A DNA stretch of 64,000 bases from Marsupella aquatica (GCA_973895155.1 OZ316899.1:6637241-6701240), one strand, 5' to 3'; shown: positions 50,896-64,000, numbered from the stretch's first letter. Numbers and translations: made by a program. The notes: generated by a model from the letters alone, not told the origin.

Positions 50896-52720
50896 CCTCT
50901 TGGCAAATCCAAATCTGGTTGTAGCCAGAGTATCCATACAGGAAGGTATAAATCTCCCAACCAGCTACCATATCCACCACTATGTCTGTAAAGGGAATCG
51001 GAAAGTATACTTTCCAAGTTGCTTCATTCAGTTTTCTATAATCCTGGTAGATTCGGATATTAGTCTGCCCATCCAATCTTGCCTTTTTGGAACTATCACA
51101 ATAGGAGACACCCAATCACTGGTAGCCATCGGATAGATAAATCCTGCCTCCAATAAATTTTCTATCTCCTCCTTCACAAGTAAGGAATACTTTGGATTCA
51201 ACCTATACTGTCTTTGCCGAGTAGGTTGAGCCTCAGGTTGAAGATCAATTTGTAACTCTCCCAGCTCCTTATCTATACCGGTGATATCCATATGGTCCCA
51301 AGGAAAAATATCCTTATACTCACTCAAAAAGCTCTTGGATTACTTGCTCTTGGTCTAGTTTGAAAGCATCCCAATATAGAACTCCCTGGAATTACTCAAC
51401 TCCTTCTTGACCACCTCCATTCGGTTTCTCAAGGTCAGATCCAGACCTTCTTCCAACTGAGCAAGTCTCAACCCTCCATGCCATTGAGGATCAATGCTCT
51501 TCTGGATGCCCACTCGTAGTTACAGTTCTTGGTCACCATACTTTGGTGAATGGTCCTTTCTCAACTTTTTGTTGCTCAGGTTCTTCCTGAACTTTAGTAT
51601 TGTTTGTCTTTGCTTCAAATGTGACTGATTGCTGAGTGGATTCAATCACTGGCGCAAATGTATTTCCAACGACCAGAGTTGCTTCAGTCCCTTGATGCGG
51701 ACTTTCCTTGTTCCATTCTGAAACTTGTGACTGCTCCAGTGCTTTGCCTGAGGGCTTCTAAACTTGCTCGGATTTGGGGCAAACTTCTTTGACTTGTTGG
51801 TTGCCTTACTGCTGGGCTGTATCATTCTGATTCTCAGGCAGGAGCTCCTCTGGTTGTGTGAGTGTCTTGGGCTCTTGGGGCCCGGTCCAGCACTTCGCTG
51901 ACTGGTATCTGCTCCACTAAGCGAGTAGGTTACCTTATGGCTATCGAGGAGTCAGCCTGAGCTGGGAAAATGCCAATGGCTGTTACTTGGCGGGTATGGC
52001 ATGCGTGACAGTAAACAGGAAACAGGTTTACTGGTACCAGTAAAAATTTTCCTGTTACCAGCAAAAATTTACTGTTACCAGGAAAAATAACAATGTCAAA
52101 ATATTTTCTAAAACGTCAAATTTTCCAAAAAAAATTAAATTATAACATTTTTTGGCTAGCTTTGGGCGCTAGCATTACCAGCGCCGGGCGCTAGCAACAA
52201 AAAAAAAATTCCAAAAAAAAAAAAAAAAATTCCAAAAAAAAAATTCCAAAAAAAAATTCCAAAAAAAATTTCAAAAAAATTTCCAAAAAAATTACCACTC
52301 ATTTCCTGTTACCAGTTTCTGTTTCCTGTTACTGTTTGCTGTTTCCTGTCGTTTGTAAATACCCCTACTTGGCTTAGATGCTATGTGAATCAAGGGACTA
52401 CTTGGGGTTCTTATTCAAGAAGTTGAAGGAACAACTCAACATTATTCATAAGAACATCTCGTCGGGAGTTAAGACATTGTTGACTTTCCACCTTAATATC
52501 CTTTGCCAATTTGCTTGTGACAAGATGTTTTCAGCCCAAGGGATTTAGCAAGGGGTTATAGAGGATGAGCCTCTACTCAAGAAGGAGGAATTGAGCATGC
52601 CCAACGAATGGAATATAGCATCCATTCCGTCAGGGGGAATGCTACACATACCCAATCAGGTAGAAGTCCCTCATCCTGACAGATCTTTGGAAGATGTAGA
52701 GAGCGTCAAGGATAGCCCAT
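50896..52720 (-). pseudogene. Gypsy element 1 RT N-terminus and upstream pol linker (interrupted by the MITE at 51992)
   Basis: QRQYRLNPKYSLLVKEEIENLLEAGFIYP..DWVSPIVIVPK, DYRKLN, GYSGYNQIWICQE joins in frame to DQLKIAF across the 47081-50895 insertion; upstream limit approximate. Confidence 0.8.
51992..52365. mobile_element. Non-autonomous derivative (MITE, 374 bp) of the 3903-18528 MULE family, opposite orientation
   Basis: Perfect 8-bp TSD TACTTGGC (51984-51991 and 52366-52373); ends GGGTATGGCATGCGTGACAG and GTCGTTTGTAAATACCCC match the large element's ends; palindromes at 52158 (degenerate) and 52180. Confidence 0.92.
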
Positions 52721-53350
52721 CACCAATCACGGAGCTTGACTACCTTAACACTGAGCTCCGGCATTGTTGACTTCGACACCAAGCTCCCTTATGGTCCAGG
52801 CCCGGATAGGCCATCCGAGGAGGACTTAGTATGGGGAGACTTGTGGGCAATGAGACGTGGCACTGGTGAAGGCAAGACACCAATCTGGTGACACACACTA
52901 AGTACTTAGACTAGCTGAGAGCTGGCCGGGTCAAGGGGAAAAGGGCCAATCGGGGGCCCCAAGCGGCAATGAGATCTGAGGGCCTAGGCATGAGCACAAG
53001 GTTGGCCCAATCACAACGGGCTAAGGCACTCTGCTTGCGGACACCTAACTAGAAAGCTATGGGCGTTGCTAGTTGGTGGCGCGCCCAGACATGAGGGATA
53101 GGATCCGGGTTGGGGACCAAAAAGTTGAGGACCAAAGTTGGTCCGGGGGTGGTAGGTCTCCAGAAGCATATATGAGGGGAGTGGTTTCTCCTTGGGGGCT
53201 AAGGGCAAGCCGAAGTCATGAGTCGCGGCTGTCGCGGTGCAGGTGATGCCACAGCCCTGGGAGGTCATGGTGCCTGCAAGTCGCAAGGGGTGTCACCTAA
53301 ATCCACAAGAGAACCCAGAGTCTCTAAGGTTAGAGGTTTTGCAAAAGTAG

Positions 53351-56300
53351 TGTGGTGCATCCCATGGCTCTCTAAACCCAAGAACCCACCCTGAACAAGC
53401 CGATTCCCACCGGTTTTGCTCTTGCCAAGGCCGGTTCCGCGGCTTATCAACATGGGACGTTCTAAAACTCTTTACTAACTTTTTACCCATATATACTAGA
53501 CAGATTCTTCATTGGGTCATGAGATATGCAACCGGCCTACTCTAGGCCTCTCCTTATTCTCTTCTATTGGTCTCCCTTTAGGTATGCTTGGATTCCAACC
53601 CTGGAATGATGCCCAATCGGCTTGGGTAGCCGCTAAGATTCCTCTCAGCTCAACACATCCAACTTTGCCTACTCCTGATGACTTCACTTACTTTTTTTCT
53701 CTCTCGTAGTTGATGTGGGAAATCTTCACACAAGTTGATGCAATGCACAACTAGAAAGATGACTCATACTGACTAAGTTATATCATGCAACTGCCATACA
53801 AAGAGTACTTCTCATACACAAGATCTGCAAACTAAGCCAGAAGGCCAACTCCTAGGCATGAGGAAATATGAATATACACAAGAGTCATTGCATAACTAAC
53901 CGAGAGCTTCCTGACTAATTGATCCCAGCCTTGCTGGTGCACTAAAAACTTGCTTAAGAAGAAGGCCTTGAAGTCCCTGCTGCACAGGTATTTATCCTGG
54001 CAATGCATCTACCTATTTCCTTGCTGTGTAAGCCAAATATACCTATGTGTAATCTACCTATGTACAACGGGGCAAGAGCACAAGTGTTGTTCTTACCAAT
54101 GGATCCGCAATCCCACTAATCTAAGTGTCAAGGTCACTTCTTGGCCCTGATCCCGGGCCTGATGCTGATCCTAAATTTGGAGGTCCGCACCCGCTCTGCC
54201 CACTCACGCCTCCTACCTCCATGTCCGCCCTCCCTAAAAGGACGGCCCTCCTCCATTGTCATGAACCTGGTGGCTGGCCCTCAATGGACGCCCCCAATCC
54301 TTCCTTGGTGGCCAATGTAGTTGTCCCATCCTCTGATAGGTTACCCGCTCCCAACTGGGTCAACTCATCCTTGGCGTGACCGGGCCTCACTCCTACCTTG
54401 GCTTTTGCTTCTCTAGCTTGTACTTTCCGGACTTGTGATAGTGGTGGGTTCACTCCCGCGGCTTTGGCACTGTCAGTCTTGGCATTGGCATCTTGTCGTA
54501 GTGGTCCTCCTCATAGGCTTGTCCTATGAGTTGGGTTGTCTCATCTTCCCAAGGTTGTGGTTGATGTCGATCAATGATTGGCAACCTTGAGTCAGTGCCC
54601 ATCATGGCCTCACCCAGTTGGTCTTCTTGGCCTACCTCCAAGACTGCCTCCTTGACAGCCACTACCTCGCATAAGGCCGGTGCCATGCAGTGGTGGACCT
54701 AGCCACCCAGCGCCCTCACCAATCCCAACACTCATGCCTAAGTGCCCCTGGTGCCCGAACGCCTCCATGGAATACCTCGAGCAAGCACCCTAGTGCCCCT
54801 TGCACCACCAGCGGCCCCTCACAAAGCCGCGCTTGCTCTCCAACACGACCACTACTCAACGGTCCTCACTGTCTGCACAAGCAACCAAACACCTCGATAA
54901 GTAACCCTTTAGGATCTAGATCTTGCCAAGTCTAGCATCCTAACTCAAGCTTAACAGACATTGGTAAATAGGTCAGCGATAGGTCCTCCTGATGCCATAA
55001 GCCAGAACCAGAACCCACGCCCATTGTTTGTCCAGAACAATTCCTTCCTTGGGCGCGGCCCGGGTTCCCCCTCGTACCTATTCATCACCAATTAACCACC
55101 TTGACCCCAGGACATGCTCATGGCCCAAATAGCGTAGCTTGTCCTAAAGCTTGTCCCAAGCTTGTCCCAACACGTCGGTACCATAATGGCCCCAACTCTA
55201 GCAACCAACTCCCGATTTGCCTCACTAATGGTCTAGGAGCCAAACACTCCTGGAACTCAACCTCCACACCTACTTGGCCTTGCCTCCCCAGTGCAAGTTC
55301 CCTTGGGAGACTGAACGCGGCTTGGCTGCTGTTTGACAGGATTTGGCAAGCGGACGAGTTAATACCCATAAACCCTGAGAACCCATGGTGGCCCCAAACC
55401 CATCTGAGCTCAAGAGGGTGTATCCCTTGTCGAGAGCTTTCCAATGCACCCAAGAAGTCCTCCAACAGACTTCCCGTTGAGAAGATATCGTTGTTTCCGT
55501 TTGACGGTTTCTCTTAGTGTCGCGACCGCCACGGCTCACGACTTCGGCTCGCCCTTAGCCCCCAGGAGACACCACTCCCCTCATATATGCTTCTGGAGAC
55601 CTGCCACCTCCGGACCACTTTTGGTCCCTAAACATTTGGCCCCCAACTCGGATCCTATCGCGCATAATGGGCGCACCACCAACTGGCAACGCCCATAACT
55701 TTCTCATTAGGCATCCGCAAGCGGAGTGCCTTAGCCCGTTGTGATTGGGCCGACCCAGTGCTCATGCCTAGGCCCTCAGGTATCATCGCTGCTAAGGGCC
55801 CCCCAATCGGCCCAACCCGGATCAGGCCATAACTTGCACCCCAAGCGTCCGTTGCCCATGGCGTTAACTCCATTGGCCTTGGGCCCAAGAGGAGCTCACA
55901 CTCAAGCCCTTAGAACTCAAAGTCCATCCGGAGGTCCGAACGGTCATCCTTGAGCCCGGCCCATTTCCCCTTGACCCGACCAGCTCTCAACTAGTCCAAG
56001 TCCTTAGTGTGTGTCACCAGCTTGGCTCCTTGCCTTCGCTAGCCCCACGTCTCGTTGCCCACAAGTCTCCCCATGCTAAGTCCTCCCCGGATGGCCTATC
56101 CGGGCCTGGACCATAAGGGAGCTTGGCATCAGAGTCAGCGATGTCGGAGCTAAGTGTTAAGGTAGTCGAGTTCCGCGACTCATGCTTTCTACCTCAACCA
56201 CGATGGCCTGAGGAATCGTGTTGCTCCCTGACCCGGAAGGTTTTTGCTTCTTCTTGTCCTTCCCTTTGCAGGCAGCCAATGCCTTCCCCTTGCCACTTAC

Positions 56301-59300
56301 TTCCGGCAAAGGTGAGGGTGCCTCGGCTTGTCGTTCAATCAGTACCATGCCATGCAACCCTATTGCCGCCACCGGGGGTCCACTTTTTGCAGCCTGCCAA
56401 TTTAACTCCTTGGACAATTTCTTCAACCGCTCTGTTTGGTTGTCCACCCGCCTCTGGAAGTTCTCTAATTTCCGTGTGGCGTCCTCCAACTCCTCTTGGG
56501 TCTTGTCTAAATCCCCGCAAGCTTCCTCCAACTCCTTTAGGTTTTTGTCCAACTCCTTCCGTGAGGCCGCCCTCTCCTCTTGGGTTGCTTTCAACTCTGC
56601 GTTGAGCTCATGGATGACATCAAACTCTATCTTATTCATCTTCTTGTAGATTTGATCAAGCATGTCATCCTTCTTACGTAGGTTGGCTTGAAAGTTGGCC
56701 GAAAGGGTTGCAAGGTCCTCCTTCAACTTATTGACGCTCTTGTAGGCCTCATCTAAGTTGTCCTTTTTTATGGAAGGCCATGCGGAATTCTTCAATCTCC
56801 TCCTTCAGTGCCCACTCCTTCCTCTGCACCTTTGCCATGGCTTTGTTGTTGACCATTAGGTGAGTCGCCTCTGCATCTCTAAGCTCCTACTTCCACTTCT
56901 CCTTCTCCTTGAGAGCCTTGGCCAAATGCCCTTGGGTCTAGGCAACTTTATTCTTGATTAACTGGTTATCAGCCTTGGCCGTATCCAGTTGCCCCTTCAT
57001 GATGTTTATTCCATGCCTCCTAACCCGCAGCTCGTCTTGAGCCTGCTTGGCCGCCTTTAGATCTCTAGCCTTGGCTTCCTTCTCTCTAAGCCGTCGGATG
57101 ACCTCCTCCTTCTTCATCCTCTCCAAGGCCAGTGCTTCCTCCAACCGGTTTTTCTCCAACCTCTCCCTATTGAGAAAAGGCCCTGACTCCAACTTCTCGC
57201 CAAAGACATCAAGGGCAAGTAATCCGCACATCCTCCCGTACTCCAGGGCTCTGCCACATGCATAGGTGGAGTGGTTAGGAGATGCCGGCATCTCCCGACG
57301 CGGATTTTGTTCCTAGGTCGCCTTCCAAATCTTGTCAAACATGGGCAAGGGCCCAGCTTGGTCCTCTACAAGCCGCCAAATGTCCTCTGGCCATCCTCCG
57401 CCTGGCAAATCTTTCTCCTTGGTCAGGGTTGCCCTCTCCAGATCTCTGAGTTGCTCTTGCAACTCTTGGTCAGCCTGTTTTCTCTCATCGTAATTTGGAG
57501 GAGGGACGTCTGGTGGGGGAGACTCCGGGCTTCTCTGCTGTTGCGGGTCCCCACGCACCACTCTTGGAAGTGTAGGGATGAAACGGCCACAAGTCCGTAC
57601 CCCCGGTACCCATCGATCCGACCCGTAGCCAAAGTCATCCTTGTTGTATTCCTCCATGCCCTCCCTTCCTGTCTAGAGTACTGGTGCCTGCGTGTCCTCT
57701 CTTGGGCTAGCCACAAACGCGACATCCTACCAAAAACTGCGCATGTGTGCGGGTCTCTCCTCCTTCTCCCACACCCACCTTCCTCTCTCCTAATCATGAT
57801 TGGGAACCTTGGGCCCTTGTCCCTCGGGTTCCGGTCTTGAGCCTCCACGTACATCCGCACCCCCGGCTTGTCTTCCGGCCTCCTTCTCTCTACACCCCCG
57901 GTAAACGGATCTACTCTGGTGGGTCTTCTTGTTCCTCCCTCCCCAACCATGCCTTGTACCGGTGCCTCTACTACCATTGTCATCTTCTCCTTCTGCAGCA
58001 TCTGCAAGAGGTTCTGCATGGCCAGTTGATGCATCTACATGGGTTTTGGCGTCGGCCTAAAGATCTGTGATATCGTGGGGCTGTCGGGCGGTTTTGGGCT
58101 ACCTTGTTGCCGGCCTTGGCTTTGGCTCCTCCTCTGGCGCCCTTGCTTGCAGGGGGAGTATTGTTGCAAAGGTCTGGCTTTGCGTATAGCGGCACAACAG
58201 TGGCATGTGATAACCAAGTCAGGACACGCTCCCCTGGCCTACCACTTGTTGTTCCTCCTTCAAGATCTTCTTTAGTTGGGTGAGGAGGTACCCGTTGTAG
58301 TCCCTGCTTGGGTCTAGTCTCTCTGCCAGCTAAACCTGTGCCTTGTCAATCTCTAGTCTCGATAGGTTACAATGCATTGCGACCCACAAGAAATCAATCA
58401 TTTCTCCAATGTGCGGGTTGATGTAGGTGTTTCGGAAGAAGCCATTCTTTGTTGATGGCCCGGGGAACAATCTAAACTCCTTATCTGGCAAGTTCTTTTG
58501 GGTGTCTACCTTGGTCTTGTTGCCCATCAGCAAGCCAGATACTTTGGCTATCACCTTGGGAGTGAGATAGACGTCTCTCCCGTAGATCTTGGTTGAGCTG
58601 GACTTGTGGTCCCATGATCCCACAAATTCCAGCAAGTCTGGTTCCGGCACCTCCAACTTCAGCCACAACAATCTAACAAAGGCCTCCAAGCCAGATTCGG
58701 CCATGAAGCCTTGGTATTTTTTGGTCTGCATGGCTGTAAAACATGCATGCATCCTCATCCCATGCAAAATGTAACTGTACTGCCGGTGGTAGGACCGCCG
58801 CCCAACCCTTCCATGTATCATCTCTGGTAGGGATGGCATTGATTGGGTCGACCTCATGTTCCTCGGCTTCCTCCTACCTCTGTCTCCCTTGCTCTACCGG
58901 CTTTCTCAATGTCGCCAACCTTGTTCTTTTGGCCAGTGTGGTTTCTTCGTTGTTGGCCATCTTCCTCTTCATTTTGGTCGCTCATGACGACTCCCCCAAC
59001 ACTGTTGCTTTTGTCCACGCCTCCGTGCAACCCTTTAGGTCCCAATGTTTGTCATTGCAGTTGTTGATGGCCTCCCGGATGTCAATGATTTTGTCCTCTC
59101 AAAATAGAAGATTGTCAAGCTGGTCGGCAGTAGGCGTCCACAAGAATTCAGCCTTGATGAGCTCTCCTCCTAGGAAGACAGACTTCTGCAATTCCCATAG
59201 CCGAGCAAGCTCTTGTTGTTCTCGGGCTGCTCTTTCTGACTCCTCCTCCTTGTAGGTCCCAATGTACTCAGTTGCCCGTTCAAACAAGCATCCCCATAAA

Positions 59301-59511
59301 TGTGCAACTTGATTGACGTTAGCGTACCCTAACCCTAATTGTGCCCCTTAGTTGTCGTTGCGCCCATTACTCCCGGCCTTGGCTCGGGTTCCATGGATAC
59401 CCTTAATTGTTTATATTTTCTTGTTTTTCCTCCTTATTTCTAAGGGTTTTAGTGTATACCACCCGACTTTATTATTTTACAAGGCCTAGTGATTCATGGC
59501 TAGGCATCACA
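53351..59511 (-). mobile_element. 3' LTR (6161 bp) of Gypsy element 4, containing decayed ORFs
   Basis: PPT AAGTGGGGAGCTA|TGTGATGCCTAGCC; ends GGGATGCACCACA; same termini and internal homology as the solo LTR at 7963-11185. Confidence 0.88.
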
Positions 59512-59586
59512 TAGCTCCCCACTTAATTGTGAAGCGTCCTCGCAAACAACCTCATCTTTGTCCATGTAATAATTCTTTAGGTGGTC

Positions 59587-62500
59587 TTAGTGTATGCAAA
59601 CTAGGTATACCTCCCCTGTAATGTTAGCCAGTTGAACGGACCCATTGGAGAACTTCATGTTTACCCTAAAGGGTCCTAGCCATTGAGTGTAAAATTTACC
59701 TAGAAACTTACTATACCTATTGTCATAGAGTAATACTAGATCTCCCATCTGGATTCTAACTGGTTTCAACTTTTTGTCGTATTTTTGCTTCATTGTGTTC
59801 TGCCTATGTTCTACTCTTTCTGCTGAAATCATCCTTTCCTCTTCTAAGGCCTCTAATTTATATTCTCGCTCTCTTAGGCTTTCTTCCTCTGACAATCTCT
59901 CCTCAATTGTAATTTAAAATCTCAAGTTGTATGGGTACTAGAGCTTCATGTCCGAATGTTAAGAAGAAGGGTGTATGGCCAGTGGTTTACTTGTAGGCTA
60001 AATTGTAAGCAAAGATAGCAGCAAACAATTTGTCATCCCAATCAATTTTGTTTTGGGCCACTGTCTTGTTTAGGATCTTACCTATGATGCTATTTGCTTG
60101 TTCTGTCAGCCCATTTGCTTTTGGGTGGTAAGGAGTGGTAGGCTGATGACGTACTAGGTACTGCTCATTTAAACGGCTGACTATATCATTCAAGAAATGA
60201 GTTCCTCTATCACTTACTAATTCTAGGGGTGCTCCATACCTGGTAAAAAATTTCTCATACATAAAATGAGCTGTGGTGATGGCATCATCCTTCTTTGTTG
60301 GCCTGGCCTCTACCCACTTGGTCGCATAATCCGTAGCTAAGGTGATGTACTTGTTTCTCCGAGGATGAGTTAATGGCTTCAAGGGCCCAATGTAATCAAT
60401 ACCCCACTTCTCAAATGGTGCCAGAGGTAGAATGGGGTGTAGCGGATGTCTCGTGGCAGCCCTTGGCCCTCCTGCTCTCTAGCAAGGATCACATTGCTTG
60501 ATGAACTGGTGTACATCCTTGTGTAAGGTTGGCCACCAACAGCCAGCATCTAAAATCTTTTTAGATGTGGTTATTGGTGCAAAATGTCCCCCGGTTTTCT
60601 TCTCCATGCATAGTCTATAGGACCCACTTCACTTCTCCCTATTCCAAACACCTTTGAATTTGGCCATTGACTCCAATGTAAGATGCCTTTAATTCCTTGC
60701 TCCCTTCCATAGAAAAACTGCGGCTTGTTCCCTGCTTAGTCCTGCCTGTAACCTTGATGTGCTGAGAAATTGTAATATAGTAGAGTACCAGGTATCCATC
60801 ACTTCCACAGTGAATAGTTCTTTGTCTGGAAATCAATCTTCGATGCAGTCCGTAGCTGGTTCACCTGCAATCCTTGAAAAGAAGTCGCATTGGCATGCAG
60901 CTTCCCCGACTTGATTTTTTAACTCGTAGTCAAATTCCTGTAATAGCAGTATCCATCTTGCCACCCTGCCCGTAAGATCTGGCTTATTCACCAGGTAATT
61001 CAAACTTTCATGATTGGAAAGATCAACTTGTAACCTAGTAGATAATGCCTAAACCTTTTGCAAGAGTAAATGACTCCTAATGCCTCCCTTTCTGTGGTTG
61101 AGTAGTTTCTCTCAGCATCGGCAAGCTGTCGACTTGCATAGTATATGGGATGGTCCCTTCCCTTCTCATCCAACTGACTCAGTACTAAACCAATATAGAA
61201 GCCTGAAACATCTACAAAGACATGAAAATCCTTGTTCCAGTCTGGTGCTATCATGACTGGGGTCTTTCCTAGCATCTATTTTAATTCAATTACTGTTGTC
61301 ACTCTCTCTAGTGTGGGCTCAAAGTCTGCTCCTGCCTTGAGCATATTTGTCAATGGTAATGCTAGTTTGGCAAAATCTTTGATGAACCTACAATGATAGC
61401 CAATGCACCCCAAGAAGGATCAAACATCCTTTATGTTCTTAGGTTGCATGATATCCAGCCATAATGCTAGTTTACCCTTGTCAATCTTGATGCCTTTCCT
61501 CGATACCTTGTGACCGAGTATCACCCCTTCCGTCACTCCAGAGAAACATTTATCAGGGTGTAGTTTGAGGCCCACCTCCCTACATCTCATGAAGGTCTTC
61601 CTGAGGTATTTAGCATGTTTTGATGCTTTCCCAAACACTGCAAAATTGTCAATGAAGATCTCCATGAACTTTCTTAAATAGTCATGAAAAATATTCACCA
61701 TCAACCTCTGGAACATTGCTGGTGCATTACAAAGTCCAAATGGCATTCGATTGAAGACATAAATTCCCCATTCCGCGATGAAGGCGGTCTTGATTTGATC
61801 CTCCTACCTAATCCTGATTTGGTTATAACCAGAGTACCCATCCATGAATGAATATAATTCATGATTGGCTACCATTTCTAGGACCATATCAGTAAAGGGT
61901 ATTGGAAAATGATCCTTCAACGTGCCTTCATTTAACTTCTTGTAATCCTGACAAACCCGTATCTTGGGTTTCCCATCTGGTCCGGCTTTCTTGGGAACAT
62001 TACGATTGGGGATACCCAGTCTGAATGTAGGATTGGAGTGATGAATCCTGCTTCCACTAGTTTGTCAATTTATGCTTTGACCATCAAGGGAATACTTAGG
62101 GTTCATCCTACAAATTGGCTGCCTAAAAGATTTGGCTCCTAACATCAGATCAATTTGGTGTTCCCCCAATTTTGGGTCCACTCCCTTTAGGTCTTGGTGG
62201 CTCCATGCGAACACATCCTGAAATTCAATCAGTAACTCACTGATCTCCTTCTTGACCTCCAGTGCCAGATCTCTGCCCAAGTTTAGTTCCCTGCCCTCTT
62301 CTAGGTCTAGCTTTCGGTATTGCCGTGCTTGGATCATGTTAATCTGCTTTTTCAAATTTGGGTCAAGCTCGTCTTCCAACCTCTTGAGTCTCATCCCTCC
62401 ATAAACTGGGATCTCGGTTGTGCTAGTCAAGTCAGCTGACTTGATTCCTTTGTTGTCCGAGGACGTTACCTCTTCCATTGTGGTCGGCCTCAGATTCTGT

Positions 62501-63700
62501 GGCTTAGGTGCCGGCTTCTCTTTCTGACCCTGCTTCGGCTTAACCTCCTCTTTTCTCGCTTCCTGAGGTTTTGGCCGCTGCGCTCGTCCGGCTTCCAGTA
62601 GTGCTTCTATTTGTTATCCCCTAGTGATTGGCCTGTAAGCCAAAATCTTGGCAGTTATATTGGTTGCCAATGATAACCGGCATTGTGGATCCCGCCGGCC
62701 CTGCCACAACACCCGTTGAAAATCCAATACTTGAGGTGCTGCTCCCCTCTTAGTCAAATTATCTAGTCGATTGTCTCCCAGTGATTCCTGTAGAATTGAA
62801 GCTAAGAAGGTGGACTCTATGGCAAAGCAGTCCTCGGCTTTTGCATCACATTCTTCTTCCATACTACTCTCTATTGGTTCTTGCCAAAGTCCATTGTGGG
62901 GCACATTCGGTCCAAAGACACTTTCTTTGGTCAGGTCTGAGAGGCATTCTAGCCAACGTACCTCATCGGCAGACTCTAGCCCACTATCATACCCATCTAC
63001 TTCTTGGATACTCTTCCCTTGGTCATCCTTGGTGTCCCAGGATACCTTGATAGTCCCAAAGGTGAATTCCTTCTTTCCCCAATCCTCTATCACCTTGGCA
63101 ATGGTAGAGCCACGGCCTGCCAATCGAAATGATGTAGGGTTCACCGGCTTCATTACCACATAGTTGATACTGAACAAGACCTCCTATCTCAATTTTGATG
63201 CCGATGAGAACTCCCGTGGGAATAACCTTGGGGGCCTCAATCCAAGGGGTGTCCCATATCACGCTCAAAGTTTTGGGGGAATAAACACCCTAAAAGTTAA
63301 GTCAATAAAGTTTGTTTTAGGAATTTTTTAACCCCTAACTTATTGAGATATTCCAAGAATATTCTCATATTTGATTTTAAAAAACCCTATGATTCTTATA
63401 ATTCTCAAAATTGGATTAAAATAACTCTAATGTTCTTCAACAAAAATTTAAAAGTATTTCACTAAACCCAATAAAAAACCCTATACTTATTCGCGCGTGA
63501 TGGGTCGGAAGAAAAGAAGTGAGGACCCAATAACCTGATAGCCATTAGCCATGTTCAACACTCTTCCAGTGACCTCTGGTGTTAAACCCCATCCTATTGC
63601 TGTTGAATCAATCATAATACATACCCCTGATCCCCCATTGATGGGTACACGTAGCAATAATTCTCCCTAAATCATTAATGGTAGCGCTGGGGCTCCTTGA
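59587..63700 (-). pseudogene. Ty3/Gypsy element 4 pol (protease, RT, RNase H, integrase), decayed; 5' part not in view
   Basis: VPINGGSGVCIM, MPFGLCNAPAMFQR..IFIDNF, PDWNKDFHVFVDVSG, LVSDRGTHF, WLGPF. Confidence 0.9.
63229..63528. mobile_element. AT-rich MITE (300 bp), family 3, inside the Gypsy 4 protease
   Basis: Direct repeat AATAACCT at 63221-63228 and 63529-63536; imperfect TIR TGGGGGCCTCA/TGAGGACCC; removal restores MANGYQVIPTGVLIG. Confidence 0.8.
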
Positions 63701-64000
63701 TCCTCTTCTTTCATCAACACATCGGATCCAGTGGCTACCTTGGGTAATCTTGGTTTGCCAAGTATTGCCTTCCTTATTGTTTCCGGAAATACGGGCTATT
63801 CTTCAAAAGTTGACCTACCGTTGCTGAGACTCTGGATTCTAGTACATCCTTAGCCAAGTCATAGGGAACTACCGGCTTCTCTTCTGCCAATTTCTCTCTC
63901 TTGGCTTTGGCTTGTTGTTGAATGGTAGGTTCCAGGGAGGAGGGTTTCCAAAGTAAATAGCAGTCGCGGAACTTGACTAGCTTAACACTTAGCTCCGGCG

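Overview
This is eukaryotic, transposon-dense plant DNA, probably from a seed-free land plant such as a fern or lycophyte (inferred from the element types only). I found no intact host gene. The backbone is one decayed Ty3/Gypsy element on the minus strand (3' LTR starting at 2164, pol pieces at 2.2-3.9, 18.5-18.85, 46.8-47.1 and 50.9-52.7 kb), split by nested insertions whose target-site duplications (TSDs) can mostly be read directly. The nested material includes solo LTRs, a Copia fragment, a CACTA fragment carrying a decayed RPL31 piece, two more Gypsy elements and several MITEs. The main finding is a Mutator-like (MULE) DNA transposon at 3903-18528 with an 8-bp TSD. Head-to-head with its transposase it carries a spliced ~1230-codon gene combining a ParB/Srx-like domain (DGNHR) with a beta-class N4C/N6A DNA-methyltransferase-like domain. 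Its introns and intergenic DNA hold about 15 copies of the palindrome AGCGCCNGGCGCT, which is also kept in a 374-bp non-autonomous derivative at 51992-52365. A second MITE family with similar ends carries a different palindrome of the same design, GTCCGTACNGTACGGAC. All domain calls are by eye from motifs, not database searches, and both MULE genes in this copy are pseudogenised.
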